DNA of 64,000 nt, from contig OZ218956.1 in NCBI GenBank assembly GCA_965112735.1, positions 372,001-436,000 of the forward strand, in the 5' to 3' direction. This stretch comes from Phaeosaccion multiseriatum. Its lineage: Eukaryota; Protista; Ochrophyta, other classes. This document shows, piece by piece, positions 52,492 to 63,197 of this stretch (positions are counted from its first letter, which is position 1; each line of letters opens with the position of its first letter). The notes below the pieces were generated by a model, which was not told where the DNA came from, ran no database searches, and worked only from the letters and a program-made list of their open reading frames with translations. The translations under genes were made by a program, and so were the position numbers.

Positions 52492-53457
52492 ATGAGAGGC
52501 ACACACAAAAAAGCAAGAACGATGAGAAGCATGAGCACACCAAGCCCACACAAGGTCATACCCTTGGAGCAAGCCCACTACGGAGAGCACTACTGGAATA
52601 TTGAGGAGGCTAGGAGACGCCCCATGGCCTGGGCGGGAGCACCACTCGCACTGCCAAGGGTTGGCAGGGGCAACAGAAGAAGAAGGACAATGTCGTTCGC
52701 TGCACTGCCCTCTGCCATGCCCTGTTCTAGGGCAGCCCAGCTACTCCGCCGGGCAGGCAGAAGAACGCGCTCGTTTTTGTCTCGCACCATGTCCTGGCAG
52801 GGAGTGAAGGAGGACTGTCCATGCTCCTACCAGTGCCAGTGGGACGAGTATTCGAGTATCTCCGGTAGTGGTCATAGCGCAGGAGAGACTGAGGAGAACG
52901 AGGAGAAGGAGCAGCGAGTCTCCTCCTGTGCGCCCCCCCCGGTGTCCCCGAAGGTTGTTCGCGACTGGAGGATCATGAAAATAAAGATGATGTCGGTGGG
53001 GATGTTCCGAAGGGAAGGGCTGGAGCGCCGCAGAGCCTTGGAGCTCGCAGCAGCGGAGACCAGGAGGCTCGTTCGCCTGAGCTGGAGCGTCCAAGAGGGC
53101 TGTATGGACGGTCAGCTGCCCTTTGCCGTTTGTCGGGGCACACGCGATGTGCAGCAATTCAGCGCCATGCAGGAGCTGGAGTGGGAGGCGCAGGTCCTGG
53201 TTTCCCAGATTGGGTATTCGCCCCATCTGCAGAGTCGCACCGACAAAGCCAAGAGTCCGGAACAAGGCCGGGAGGAAGAGGAAGAAGAGGAGGAGGGGGC
53301 GGGGCGGGGGAAGGGAGGGTTGGAGCAACGGAGGGAGGGTATAGAGCTACAGCGGACAAGACAGCTGATGCGGCTGAAAAGGAGACCAACCCTGACGCGG
53401 CAGGCATCGGCGCCCGTAGTCGGCCCTGGACAAGTTTCTAGTTGTCGCCGGCCGTAA
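52492..53457 (+). CDS. Intronless hypothetical protein (~320 aa)
   Basis: Uninterrupted ORF with plausible composition and no recognisable domain. Start uncertain. Confidence 0.55.
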   Translation: MRGTHKKARTMRSMSTPSPHKVIPLEQAHYGEHYWNIEEARRRPMAWAGAPLALPRVGRGNRRRRTMSFAALPSAMPCSRAAQLLRRAGRRTRSFLSRTMSWQGVKEDCPCSYQCQWDEYSSISGSGHSAGETEENEEKEQRVSSCAPPPVSPKVVRDWRIMKIKMMSVGMFRREGLERRRALELAAAETRRLVRLSWSVQEGCMDGQLPFAVCRGTRDVQQFSAMQELEWEAQVLVSQIGYSPHLQSRTDKAKSPEQGREEEEEEEEGAGRGKGGLEQRREGIELQRTRQLMRLKRRPTLTRQASAPVVGPGQVSSCRRP

Positions 53458-54359
53458 GCTGGAAACCGGCCGACTCACTCGCGCCGGCTTTCAGTAGACA
53501 TGAAGAAACCTGTCCAGGGTCGACTTTCGGGCAGTAGCTAAGATGTGTACATACCAGCCTCTGGCGTTTACATGTGAAGAGAGTAGCTATGTAGCACACA
53601 CATGACACGCTACCAACACTTCGATCAATGTGAATAATGAGCAACAAGTACTCGGGTTAAGTGCCCTTCGGAGCCGCACCTGCTCTCGTTCCTGCTTCCT
53701 CAGCTTCAATCTGCACCCTTGAAGAAAAGAACGACCCATACTGTACAGAGCAGTCTCCCTCGAGGCCTAAGCTGTACGACTGAGTGCATGTGTGTGCGTC
53801 TGTGCGTGCAGAGAAGTGAAGTAAGCTGAATAATCATAGGGAGGGAGGAGGGAGGGAGGGCCCCTATTTTCTTTCGCTTTCCACCACATCCTACCATATC
53901 CCCCCACATCCTCAACCCTCGCCCCTTCGTCCTCGGTCATTTTCGGCCTATATAGCGGAATGTGTGCCGGCTGGTGCGTGCCGGCTGGCGCCGGCGATAG
54001 GTCAATAGCGTATTAGGGGTCGACTCTTCGGGACGAACAGGTTCAGGCGCATAGGTGAGTTTGTAACGAGCAGCTTGAAATCACTTCACTCTCGAGTGTG
54101 CAGTGATCTTTTCGCAAGGAAGGAGGGAAGGGAGGGAGTGAGGGTCGATGAGGGAGGGAGGGAGGGAGGGAGGGGCATATCTAAGACTCATTAGGAATCA
54201 CTTATCGTAAGGAGGGGGGGAGGAAGGGGGGCTAATGATCTCCTTGAAGGGAGGGGAGGGCGGGAGGGCGGCGCTGCATTTGAAGTATTTTTTTGAAATC
54301 ACAGATGGATTCTGAATTCGAAGAGAGCAAGCAACAGCAAAAAACTTTTGCACCATGAG

Positions 54360-56951
54360 ATGATAAGGCGGAGGCTTCAAAGGCCTTCTCGAGCAGCAGC
54401 TGCAGCAGCGCTCTTGGCGGCGCTGGCCCCAGGTGGGGTGAGATGCTTCATGATGGCCTCGCCGTCTACAGGGAGCTTGTCGACAAGCCGCCTTCCTCTC
54501 CGTGCCGCCTCGGAAGTCGGGCCCTCCGGTAGGCTTTGTCCTTTTGCCTCTCGTCGATGTCTTCTCACACACAGTCCCAGTCAAGAAGGCCTTCTTACCT
54601 CTCCTTCTCCCCCACCCCAAAAGGCCCATCGTCGAGACTGGAGGAGGGGAAGGGAAAGAGCGAGGGCAAGGGTAAGAGCAAGCGTGGCAGGTACCCGGCT
54701 GTGTCTCTCTTTACGGGTAGTCCTGCTCAGCAGCAGCGCGAGGAGAGCGAGGCGAGGAGGGCGACAGCAGCTTCGTATCTGATGCACCCCTGCGGCTTCA
54801 GCCCGCTGCAAATCCAGCACATGTTCGGCGCTTTCCCGGCCCTACGGTCCATGCCTCCCGCCGCGCTCTCCTTTCTTCCCAAGACCCGCTTCCTCCTCCA
54901 CACACTGGCAGGGGTAGGGGCAGCAGGGGAAATAGGGGCATCTACTGCTGCTGCCACCGCCGCCGCTGCTCGAGAGAGCATCGTAGGCTTTCCTCAATTC
55001 TTCGGCCGTCAGCTGGAAAAGGAGCTGGCCCCTCGCCACTCCTGGCTAATGTACAGCAGCCTCCGCTCCTCCGGTTTGATCTTCAGCGACGGCCTGGACC
55101 TACCTGATGTCGACTGCCATCCCGTGCCGTATGGGGCGGAGCTACTGGAGGATGAGTGCAAGCTCCTCAGGCAGATGGTCGGGCTAAGCACGGAGGAATT
55201 CGTCCGGAGGTGAGCAAGGGAGAGAGGCACTCGGTTGCTTTACTCTAAGTGGGAAGGGGCGAGGGGGAGGGGGGGGGCTGTCCTGAATGGTGGAGAGGAG
55301 AGCGTGGCGTGGGCGGACCGACTGTCTTCGTCTGCATGGAAGGGCGGGCGGCTCTTGGACTGGTGAGACCGTCCTTTCCATCGGCTTGGTAGTAACTTGG
55401 CAGCGACTGACTCGACTCGCTCGCTGCGGCCGGTGTAAAGATTCTCTTTATCCTCTGTCGCTCGCTCTGTCTCTTACCATCTCTTATCTCTCTCTTTGTC
55501 TCCTTCTCTCGCCCTCTCTCTCTCTCGCTCTCTTCTCTCTCTCTCTCGCGCGCGGTGGCTCTTCCTGCTTGCTAATTGCCTCCCTCCCTCGCTCCAGATT
55601 CACACCTGCCTCGACAGCACGCGATTACGCTGACTTCGAAGGCCGCTTCTGCAGAGGGGCCTTTGACGCTGCCAGAAGAGGTGCGTGCGTTGTAATCTGC
55701 TCCATGCCAATCTCACTCACACGCATGAACTCGTGCGGCACGGGGGGGCAGAAGGGTAGTTTCCCTGTCTGGAGAGACTCAGGGATTCATTCTCCCTTCT
55801 ATCCACACACACGCCCTCTCTTCTCCCCACTCCCCTCTCTCAACACATTTCTGCCCGTCTCGCTCCTTGCCTCCCCACACCGCTGTATCACCAACTGCTG
55901 TATGGCCAGGCGATGCCGCCATTCTCCGGCTACTGGTGACGCACGGTTGGACCCCCTCCGAGCAAGACCGCCGAGGCTGCACGGCACTCTTCTGGGCGGC
56001 CGGGGGGGGGCACCTAGAGGCGCTCCAGTGTCTGTACGACGTTGGGGGACTCAACGTTGTGCAAGAGGGGGAGGATGGGTCTACGGCTCTGCACTGGGCT
56101 GTGGCCGGCGTCACGAGGGATCGGTTTGGCTCGGGGGGGCACAGCAACACGAGCCGATGGCTGGTGGGCAAAGGTGTGTGTGTCTTTGTGTGTCGGCCCC
56201 TTTTAGACACTCCCTCCCTCCCTCCCCCACCACCTCACCGCCGCCGCATAACATTGAGTCTTTGAGTCGCTCTATGCTCCAAAGGAGGCAGGCAGGCAGG
56301 CAGGCAGGCAGGGATGTAGGCAGGTGCCGATCGAATGGCTGTACTGACGCTCCACTCCGTTCCGATCCCCATGGGCTCAGGAGCGGACCCGAATGCGGTG
56401 ACGGAGGATGGCAACTCGGTGCTACATTGGGCGGCTTGGGCGGGAGACTTGGAGCTGGTGCGTTGGCTGGTGGAAGACGTAGGGGTGGACCTGCACGCGG
56501 AGAATAAGGTGAGAGGTGTATGGGACAGAGAGACAGAGGGAGGGAGAGTGGGAGGGTGCGTGTGTTTGTGAGGAGTAAGGCATTGATTGGCGACCTTCCA
56601 ACTTCTGGCTGGGACCCATTGGTGGGGGCGTGGGGGCCAAGGCAGCCAACCTTGGGACTCTGCTCGGGGATGTGCGTCTGGCTTGGGGGGTTGGTGCGCC
56701 CCATAAGGTGTGTAGCAGGGGGCCCACAGAGGAAGGTGTGTAGGTTTGCACCTGTTCCCACGTCCTCACGAGGGCGAGGTGTGTATTTGCCATGTGTTTG
56801 CATGTGCGTGCGTGCGTGCCCTCTTGCTTTAGTCGACTATTCCTCGACCATTTTTTTACCACGTTTCTATCCTTACTCTTCCACTCCTTACTCTGCTCAG
56901 AACGGGTGTACGGCTGCCCACTGGGCTTCGAGCGGGGGCAAGTTGGAGGTA

Positions 56952-56989
<38 letters not shown>

Positions 56990-57240
56990 TGTGTGTGTGT
57001 GCCTGCGTGCGTAGGGTTGGTGAGGCGTGGGGTTGGTGCTGCTGGCGTGTCTGTGCTTGGGGGGGGTGGTTCCACACCAAACTAGCTCCCGTCCCTCCCC
57101 TTTTGTTCCAGTTCTAGTTCAGTAGCCTCGATCAAATGAATGCTGCGTATCGATGTCGATACGCTCTCGGAGCTCACCTCCTACCCACCCACACACACAC
57201 GCACACACACACACGCACACACGCACACACACACACACAC

Positions 57241-57284
<44 letters not shown>

Positions 57285-57873
57285 ACACACACACGCACAC
57301 ACACACACACACACACACCAGGTGTGCCAATATCTCGATGCCAAGGGGGTGAGTTTCTCTGCCGGAAACAAGGCCAACCACAACGCGCTCAACAAGGCCG
57401 TGGCATACGGGCGCCAAGACGTGGTGAAATGGCTCATGAAGAGAGAGGTGGAGGGGGCAGAAAGAGCAACGGCGTACGCCGACCGCCGCTCTCCTTCAAG
57501 CTCCGGCGGCGGAGGAGGAGGCAGGTTGGCGTTGGGGGCAGAGGGGCCAGCGGGACTGGGGGTCGCTGCTTTGAAGGCGGCAGTTACGGCAGTTACTGAT
57601 ATAGCAACAGCAGAAGGGGCAGGGGGTCACGCGGCGGGTGGAGTGCCCCCACTGCGAATGGTCGAGGGGGAGACGAAGGAAGGAGAAGAGGAGCCGCACC
57701 CCGACACCTCGGCCGAGGAAGACAGGCTCCAGTCTCTGGTGGATCTTGCGCGGCTGGCGCAACAGCCCCTGGTGGAGAGACTCCTTGTGGAGCAGCAGCA
57801 GCACTTGGTGATGCAGCAGCAGCAGCAGCAGCAGCAGCAGAAAGCAGAGGCGGGCATTGGTGCCTCTGGGTGA
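54360..57873 (+). CDS. Putative plastid-targeted mTERF-like + ankyrin-repeat protein, multi-exon
   Basis: Signal-like [18 protein letters not shown]|FMMASPS. mTERF-like [47 protein letters not shown]. Ankyrin repeats [91 protein letters not shown]. Confidence 0.82.
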
Positions 57874-58024
57874 ATCACCGATGCTCCCATCGCGGAGGCG
57901 AAGGAAAGGAGGAGCGTGTGAGCGGCCTTAAGCATCCCCTCCCTCGATGGCTGGATGGGACGTGATGCGCCTCCAGTCTCTCGAGTCGGCCGATCGACGC
58001 CAATGCGCCCCTCAGCCAGTCCTC

Positions 58025-58201
58025 ATATAGAGATCGATATCCAGTGTCGACATCGATTTGTCTCAACACAGACAGGGGCAGGACAGCGGGCGGGGCAGGG
58101 CCGGGGAAGGAACCCTCTCAGGTACCCCCACATTCGGACGGACGGACGGAGAGGTCGCTGTCTTCTCATAAGATGTCGACACTGGATATCGATCTCTATA
58201 T
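58025..58201. mobile_element. MITE-like element, 177 bp, perfect 30-bp terminal inverted repeat
   Basis: ATATAGAGATCGATATCCAGTGTCGACATC (58025-58054) is the exact reverse complement of 58172-58201. The outer ATAT/TA could be the TSD. No coding capacity. Confidence 0.7.
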
Positions 58202-58527
58202 CGCTGGTTCATGTCCGTTCACTCCTTGGGTAGACATGGACGACTCCATGTAGTAGTCCCCAGCGGACAGACACTGAATGCCCTTACGTGACGTACTTAC
58301 GTAAGGTACTAAAAGTAATATTTCCCCAGATTTCAAAGCTCTCGCTCCGGCTACAGCGTTGCCCTCATTGCAATGGCCGGACACGATGATGGCTGCGAGT
58401 GGACGATGATGGGCCGAGAGCGTCATGAGCAAAGAGGGAGGCGAAGACAGTCGGTCGGCGCTGGAGGCGATGTATTATCCAGACCCAACCAGACACCGCG
58501 CCCGCTGTTCTCGGCTTCACGCCCCTC

Positions 58528-58798
58528 TCGCCCCCGTGCACGCCTAGCGGTTTTGGCTCTAGGCCGCTAGGCCGCTCGGCCTTCGGCCGAAATAGGCCTA
58601 GGCCGGCGGCCTCCGGCCGCTCTAGGCCGTTCACTTTTCAGCCCTAGCTAGGCGGCCTATAGCCAGGGGCATATGGGGCCTAGGCCGCGGGCCTCCGGCC
58701 CCCGCCTAGGCGGCCTATAAATAGGCCGAGGGCCTACGGCCCTCGCTAGGCCGGGCAATTTTCAATAGGCCTAGGCCGCTAGGCGTGCACGGGGGCGA
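58528..58798. mobile_element. MITE-like element, 271 bp, perfect 23-bp TIR with internal TAGGCC/GGCCTA repeats
   Basis: TCGCCCCCGTGCACGCCTAGCGG (58528-58550) is the exact reverse complement of 58776-58798. Flanks GCCCCTC/CCCCCTC match 6/7 (possible TSD). Many CTAGGC/GGCCTA motifs in both orientations inside. Confidence 0.75.
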
Positions 58799-59311
58799 CC
58801 CCCTCCGCCGCCCGGCTCACACACACGCCCACCACGGGACGTCCACGTCCACACGCGTTCTCGGCCAAAGCACGACCAGTCTGATGTACGTGCCTCGGAC
58901 AGGGGCCGCTCGGACGTCCCGGGGACGTCCGAACACCCTGACGCGTAAAAAAACCTACTCGGGTCCCGTGTACGCCTCTTACCACGGTATCCAGAAACGT
59001 AACGACTTTTTGGATGGGCGGCGGACGGCACCGATTCTGACCCGATGCACACCTCTCTCATGTTGAGAGGTAATTGCGAATTATGCGGATTTTGGAACAC
59101 CGAAAATTTCTCCGTGTCCCACACCGCTCGGCGGCGAAGCAGTGAACGTGAAGTTACCAGTTCTAAAAGGCGAGGGCGGGGTCACCTCCCGGACGTCACT
59201 TGCTTTGGTGCTGCATCTGGGAAGGACCATTGCGGTGGAGTGGATCCGGTACTGCGAGGATACGGCAGGGTGCACACAGACACACAGGAGCAGCACGCCA
59301 AGCGAGAGAAG

Positions 59312-62300
59312 ATGACCAGTTTTTTGGCGCGAACCGAGCGGAGGAAGACGAGGCGACGAGAGCAAGCCGAGCAGGAGCAGCAGCAGCAGCAGGAGGAGGA
59401 GGAGGAGGAGGAGGAGGAGAAGGAGGAGGAGGAGGAGGAGGAGGAGGAGGAGGAGGAGGAGGAGGAGGAGGACGAGGAGGAGGAGGAGGAGGAGAAGGAG
59501 GAGGAGGAGGCGGAGGAGGAGGAGGAGGAGGAGGAGGAGGAGGAGGAGGAGGAGGAGGAGCGCCATTTACGAAAGCTCAAAAGGAAGAGGAGTAGGAGCC
59601 GTGTGAGCAGCAGCAGGAGCAGCAGCAGCGAAGCCCGTGGTACAAAGAGGGCGGGTTCGTGGATCGTCTCTCCTCCTGCTGCGGGTGCACGTCCCCCCGC
59701 CCTCCTACCAGCTGGCCATGAGGGTCCTCGAGTCCGGGAAGGAATCCCAGCAGCAGCAGCACCCGCAACAAGAACAGTGGCAACCAGAGGCAGGGCGGCG
59801 GGCAGCACGGGAGGGCACCAAAGAAGCCCAGCCAAGGTGGTGAGACGAAATACCTACACTCACCGCATGAAGTTCCGGACCTGGAGCGAAGAAGAGGACA
59901 AGAGACTCCGCTTCGCCGTGGACTCCATGGGCGACCGAAACTGGGCCAAGATCGCTGAGGTGGTCGTGACCAAGAACAAGACACAGTGTCTGCAGCGGTG
60001 GCGTAGAGTGCTGAGCGGAGTCAAGAAGGGCCCCTGGAATGCAGACGAAGATCGGGTGCTGACCGCTCTTGTGCATGAGAAGGGCTTTAAAAACTGGGGC
60101 AAGCTTGCCGAAGACATGCCCGATCGGACCCCGAAGCAGTGCCGCGAGAGATGGTTGTATCATCTCGACCCGGCCGTGTACAAAGGGAACTTCACCAAGG
60201 AGGAGGATGAGGTCATCATCACCATGCAGCGCGACTTGGGCAATCGGTGGGCGAGCATAGCGAGGAGCCTGCCGGGAAGAACGGAGACGCAGGTCAGGAC
60301 AAGGTTCTCGGCCATAATGCGGAGCAAGAGAAGCAGGGCGAGGAGGACAGGGGTGAAGAGGGGGGCGCGGCAGCAGCGGCGAAAGCAACAACGATTGGAA
60401 GAGAAGGAAGAAGAAGATGAGGAGGAGGAGGAGGAGCAGGAGCAGGAGGAGGAGGAGGAGGAGCAGCAGCAGGAGGAGGAGGAGGAGAATGAGGAGAATG
60501 AGGAGAATGAGGAGGAGCAAAAGGAGGGGCAGGAGCAGAAGAAGAAGAAGAGGAAGGTGAAGAAGGAGAAGGAGGAGGAGAAGGAGGAGAAGAAGGAGGG
60601 GGAGGAGGAGGCGGACGAGGGTGAGGCGGACGAGGACGATAACGAGGAGGACGAGGTCGAAGAGGAGGAGATGCGAGGGGGGCGCGGGCAGGCATCAGGA
60701 GGGAACGAGGCCATCCACCCTTCCCACCCCACTCCGGCGTACTTCGATGCGGACACCACACCACTACCAGAGGGCCCTGCGGTTTACCCGCTGCCGCCGA
60801 CGGACCACCCGCACGCCACCTCCCTGCACCACCTGCACCACCACCACCACCAGCAGCAGCAGCAGCAGGAGGAGGAGAAGCAGTTGGTGATACAGGGCCG
60901 GCTGGAGGACCACAGGGCAGGGCCGGAGGACCTCCGGCACCACCAACACGGCAACAACGGCACAAGTGGCACAGGCAGTGTCATACCGCCTGATTTGTTT
61001 CCACCCTCCACCCCCTCCCCCTGCGACGGCGGGCCCCGCAACAGGGAGAGGTATGGGGCGCCTGCCACCATGGTCCGGCAGCAGGTGACCTTGAACACTT
61101 TCAGGCCACAGTGCCTTGCGACACCGCGAGATTCATCCTCCGGGCACCACTGCCACCCACCACCACCACCACCACAGCAGACCCGTCTCGACCACTCTGC
61201 TGCCCCCCTCCCACCCACCACCACCGCCCCCGACGGCCGCCCCCACGCGGTGTCATACTACCATCACGCGGAGGAGGAGGAGGAGGAGGAGGAGGAGGAG
61301 GGGGGGGGGGGTGCCGTTTGTGGATATGATGGTGGGCCCGCCAGAGCGCAGTCTTAGCAGCAGCAGCCAGTCGTGCGGTGACAGAGGGACTTTAGCTGGG
61401 GGCGGCGGCGGCGGCGGCGGCGGCGGCGGAGGAGGAGGAGGAGGAGGAGGAGGGAGAGGAGGAGGAGGGAGAGGAGGAGGAGGAGGAGGAGGAGGAGGAG
61501 GAGGAGGAGGAGGAGGAGGAGGAGGAGGAGGAGAAGGAGGAGGAGGAAGGCAGGGGAGAGGGGTCAACAACCCCAACTTGGACGTTAGGCTGGTGTTGAA
61601 GGAGTTCAACCACTTGCTTGGAGAGGGTGGAGAAGCGCACGGACCCACAGCCTACATCCAAGATTTCCATCGCGTTCCCTACCACCAGCACCAGCACCAG
61701 CACCAGCACCAGCAGGAGCGTGGCGTGGAGGAGTACCCTTCCTTGCCGGCGTCTCTGTGCTCCTCCCCCTCGTTGGCCTTCTCTTTGCCGGTCCCATCGG
61801 GCGGCTTGCCAATGGCCTTGTTGGGCTCTGACAAGGAGCCTCCGAGTGGTGGTTGCTGGACTACCTTCGCGCAGCCTGGCCAGCAGACCGAAGCCCTTCC
61901 TCCGCAGCGGGTTTCGGATCACCACCAAGCCTACTTTCCTCCGCCCCAACAACAGCAAAGAGCACAGGAGCTGCAGCAGCAGGAACTGCAGCAGCAGGAG
62001 CAGCAACGAGCCCGCCATGCGAAGCACGAGTGGGTGGGTGGAGGGCAGGTGCCAGTGGACTCCATCAACCATGACATCCCCCTCCCTCTGTCCTTGTCGG
62101 AGGGCCCTGCTACTGGCTCTACACTCTCTCATTGGGGCAGCAACAGCGGCGTCAGCATCAGCAACAGCAGCAGCAACAATATCTACAGTGGCAGTAGCAG
62201 CAGCAGCAGCAGCAGCAGCAGCCATGGCTATACCAGCGGCGACAGTAGCAGCAGCGGGACCCCGCTCGGCATGCCCCCCCTCCAAATTCATCAAGAGCCC

Positions 62301-62417
62301 TATGGCGTCCGCGTCGATAGGCGCACCAGCTTTGACAGCCCCAACCTGAGCCCTTCGCACAGAATACTTGGCAGGCCAAGAAGAACTTGCCACTCCCAGG
62401 GGCGCTGGCAGATGTGA
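59312..62417 (+). CDS. R1R2R3-MYB transcription factor, apparently intronless (frame break at poly-G ~61300-61311)
   Basis: Three MYB repeats: TWSEEEDKRL..NWAKIA..QCLQRW; KKGPWNADED..NWGKLA..RTPKQCRERWLYHLDP; KGNFTKEEDEVI..LGNRWASIARSLPGRTETQVRTRF. First frame stops at 61357; a protein-like Q/G/S-rich frame continues to 62417. Confidence 0.88.
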
Positions 62418-62614
62418 AGCTACGCACGCACACACACACGCACACACACATGAAGCGTAACTATTTATTGCAACCGAGTTATTACTGAATTGTATCATCA
62501 TATATAGAACTTTATTGTGCTGGTTATGCGCTATGTAAAGGCGTAACAGGCCCCGATAGGCAAAGGCCTCAACTGAACACACCAAATTAACTCTATCATT
62601 GAACGCGCTCAAGT

Positions 62615-62974
62615 CTACTCGGTGGACGTGTCCTCCACAGCCGTCGTCTTCATCAGTCGCACATACACGTACTCGCCCCCCACAACATACACCTTTTTCT
62701 GTAACCGCCCCGTGGTATCAGGACTGCCGTCCCCTGGCAGCGTGTCAAACGCCAGTTGTGAGTGCTCGATGGAGGAGAACATGACCATGGTCTTGCCCTG
62801 GCCGGAGGTGCTGTTGGCGGTGATGTCCTCCACGCGCTCGGGCACGATGTGAGTCTTGCTCCGGAACAGATCTTGGAGGTTGCTGGCCTTGTAACTGCGG
62901 AGGGGAATTACAGGCACACACACAGCACACACACAGCACATGCACACACACATACACACACACATACACACACA

Positions 62975-63026
<52 letters not shown>

Positions 63027-63155
63027 GTCACGCGCGAGAGAGCGTAAGTGGGTATGCCGCACCGGCCGTGAGGATGAGTCGCACAGACACAGGGACAGCT
63101 TGGTGTATGAGAGAGAGAGACAGCCAGAGCCAGAGCCAGGGAGGGAGAAGAGAGA

Positions 63156-63197
<42 letters not shown>

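Noticed and set aside
53497-53545. SECIS element
   Set aside because: ATGA is present but apical AA spacing and GA quartet geometry are missing, and there is no in-frame UGA selenoprotein candidate upstream.
61300-61311. Programmed frameshift or separate 433-aa gene after the MYB ORF
   Set aside because: The switch is at a long G run and the downstream frame reads as the natural C-terminus; likely a homopolymer error.
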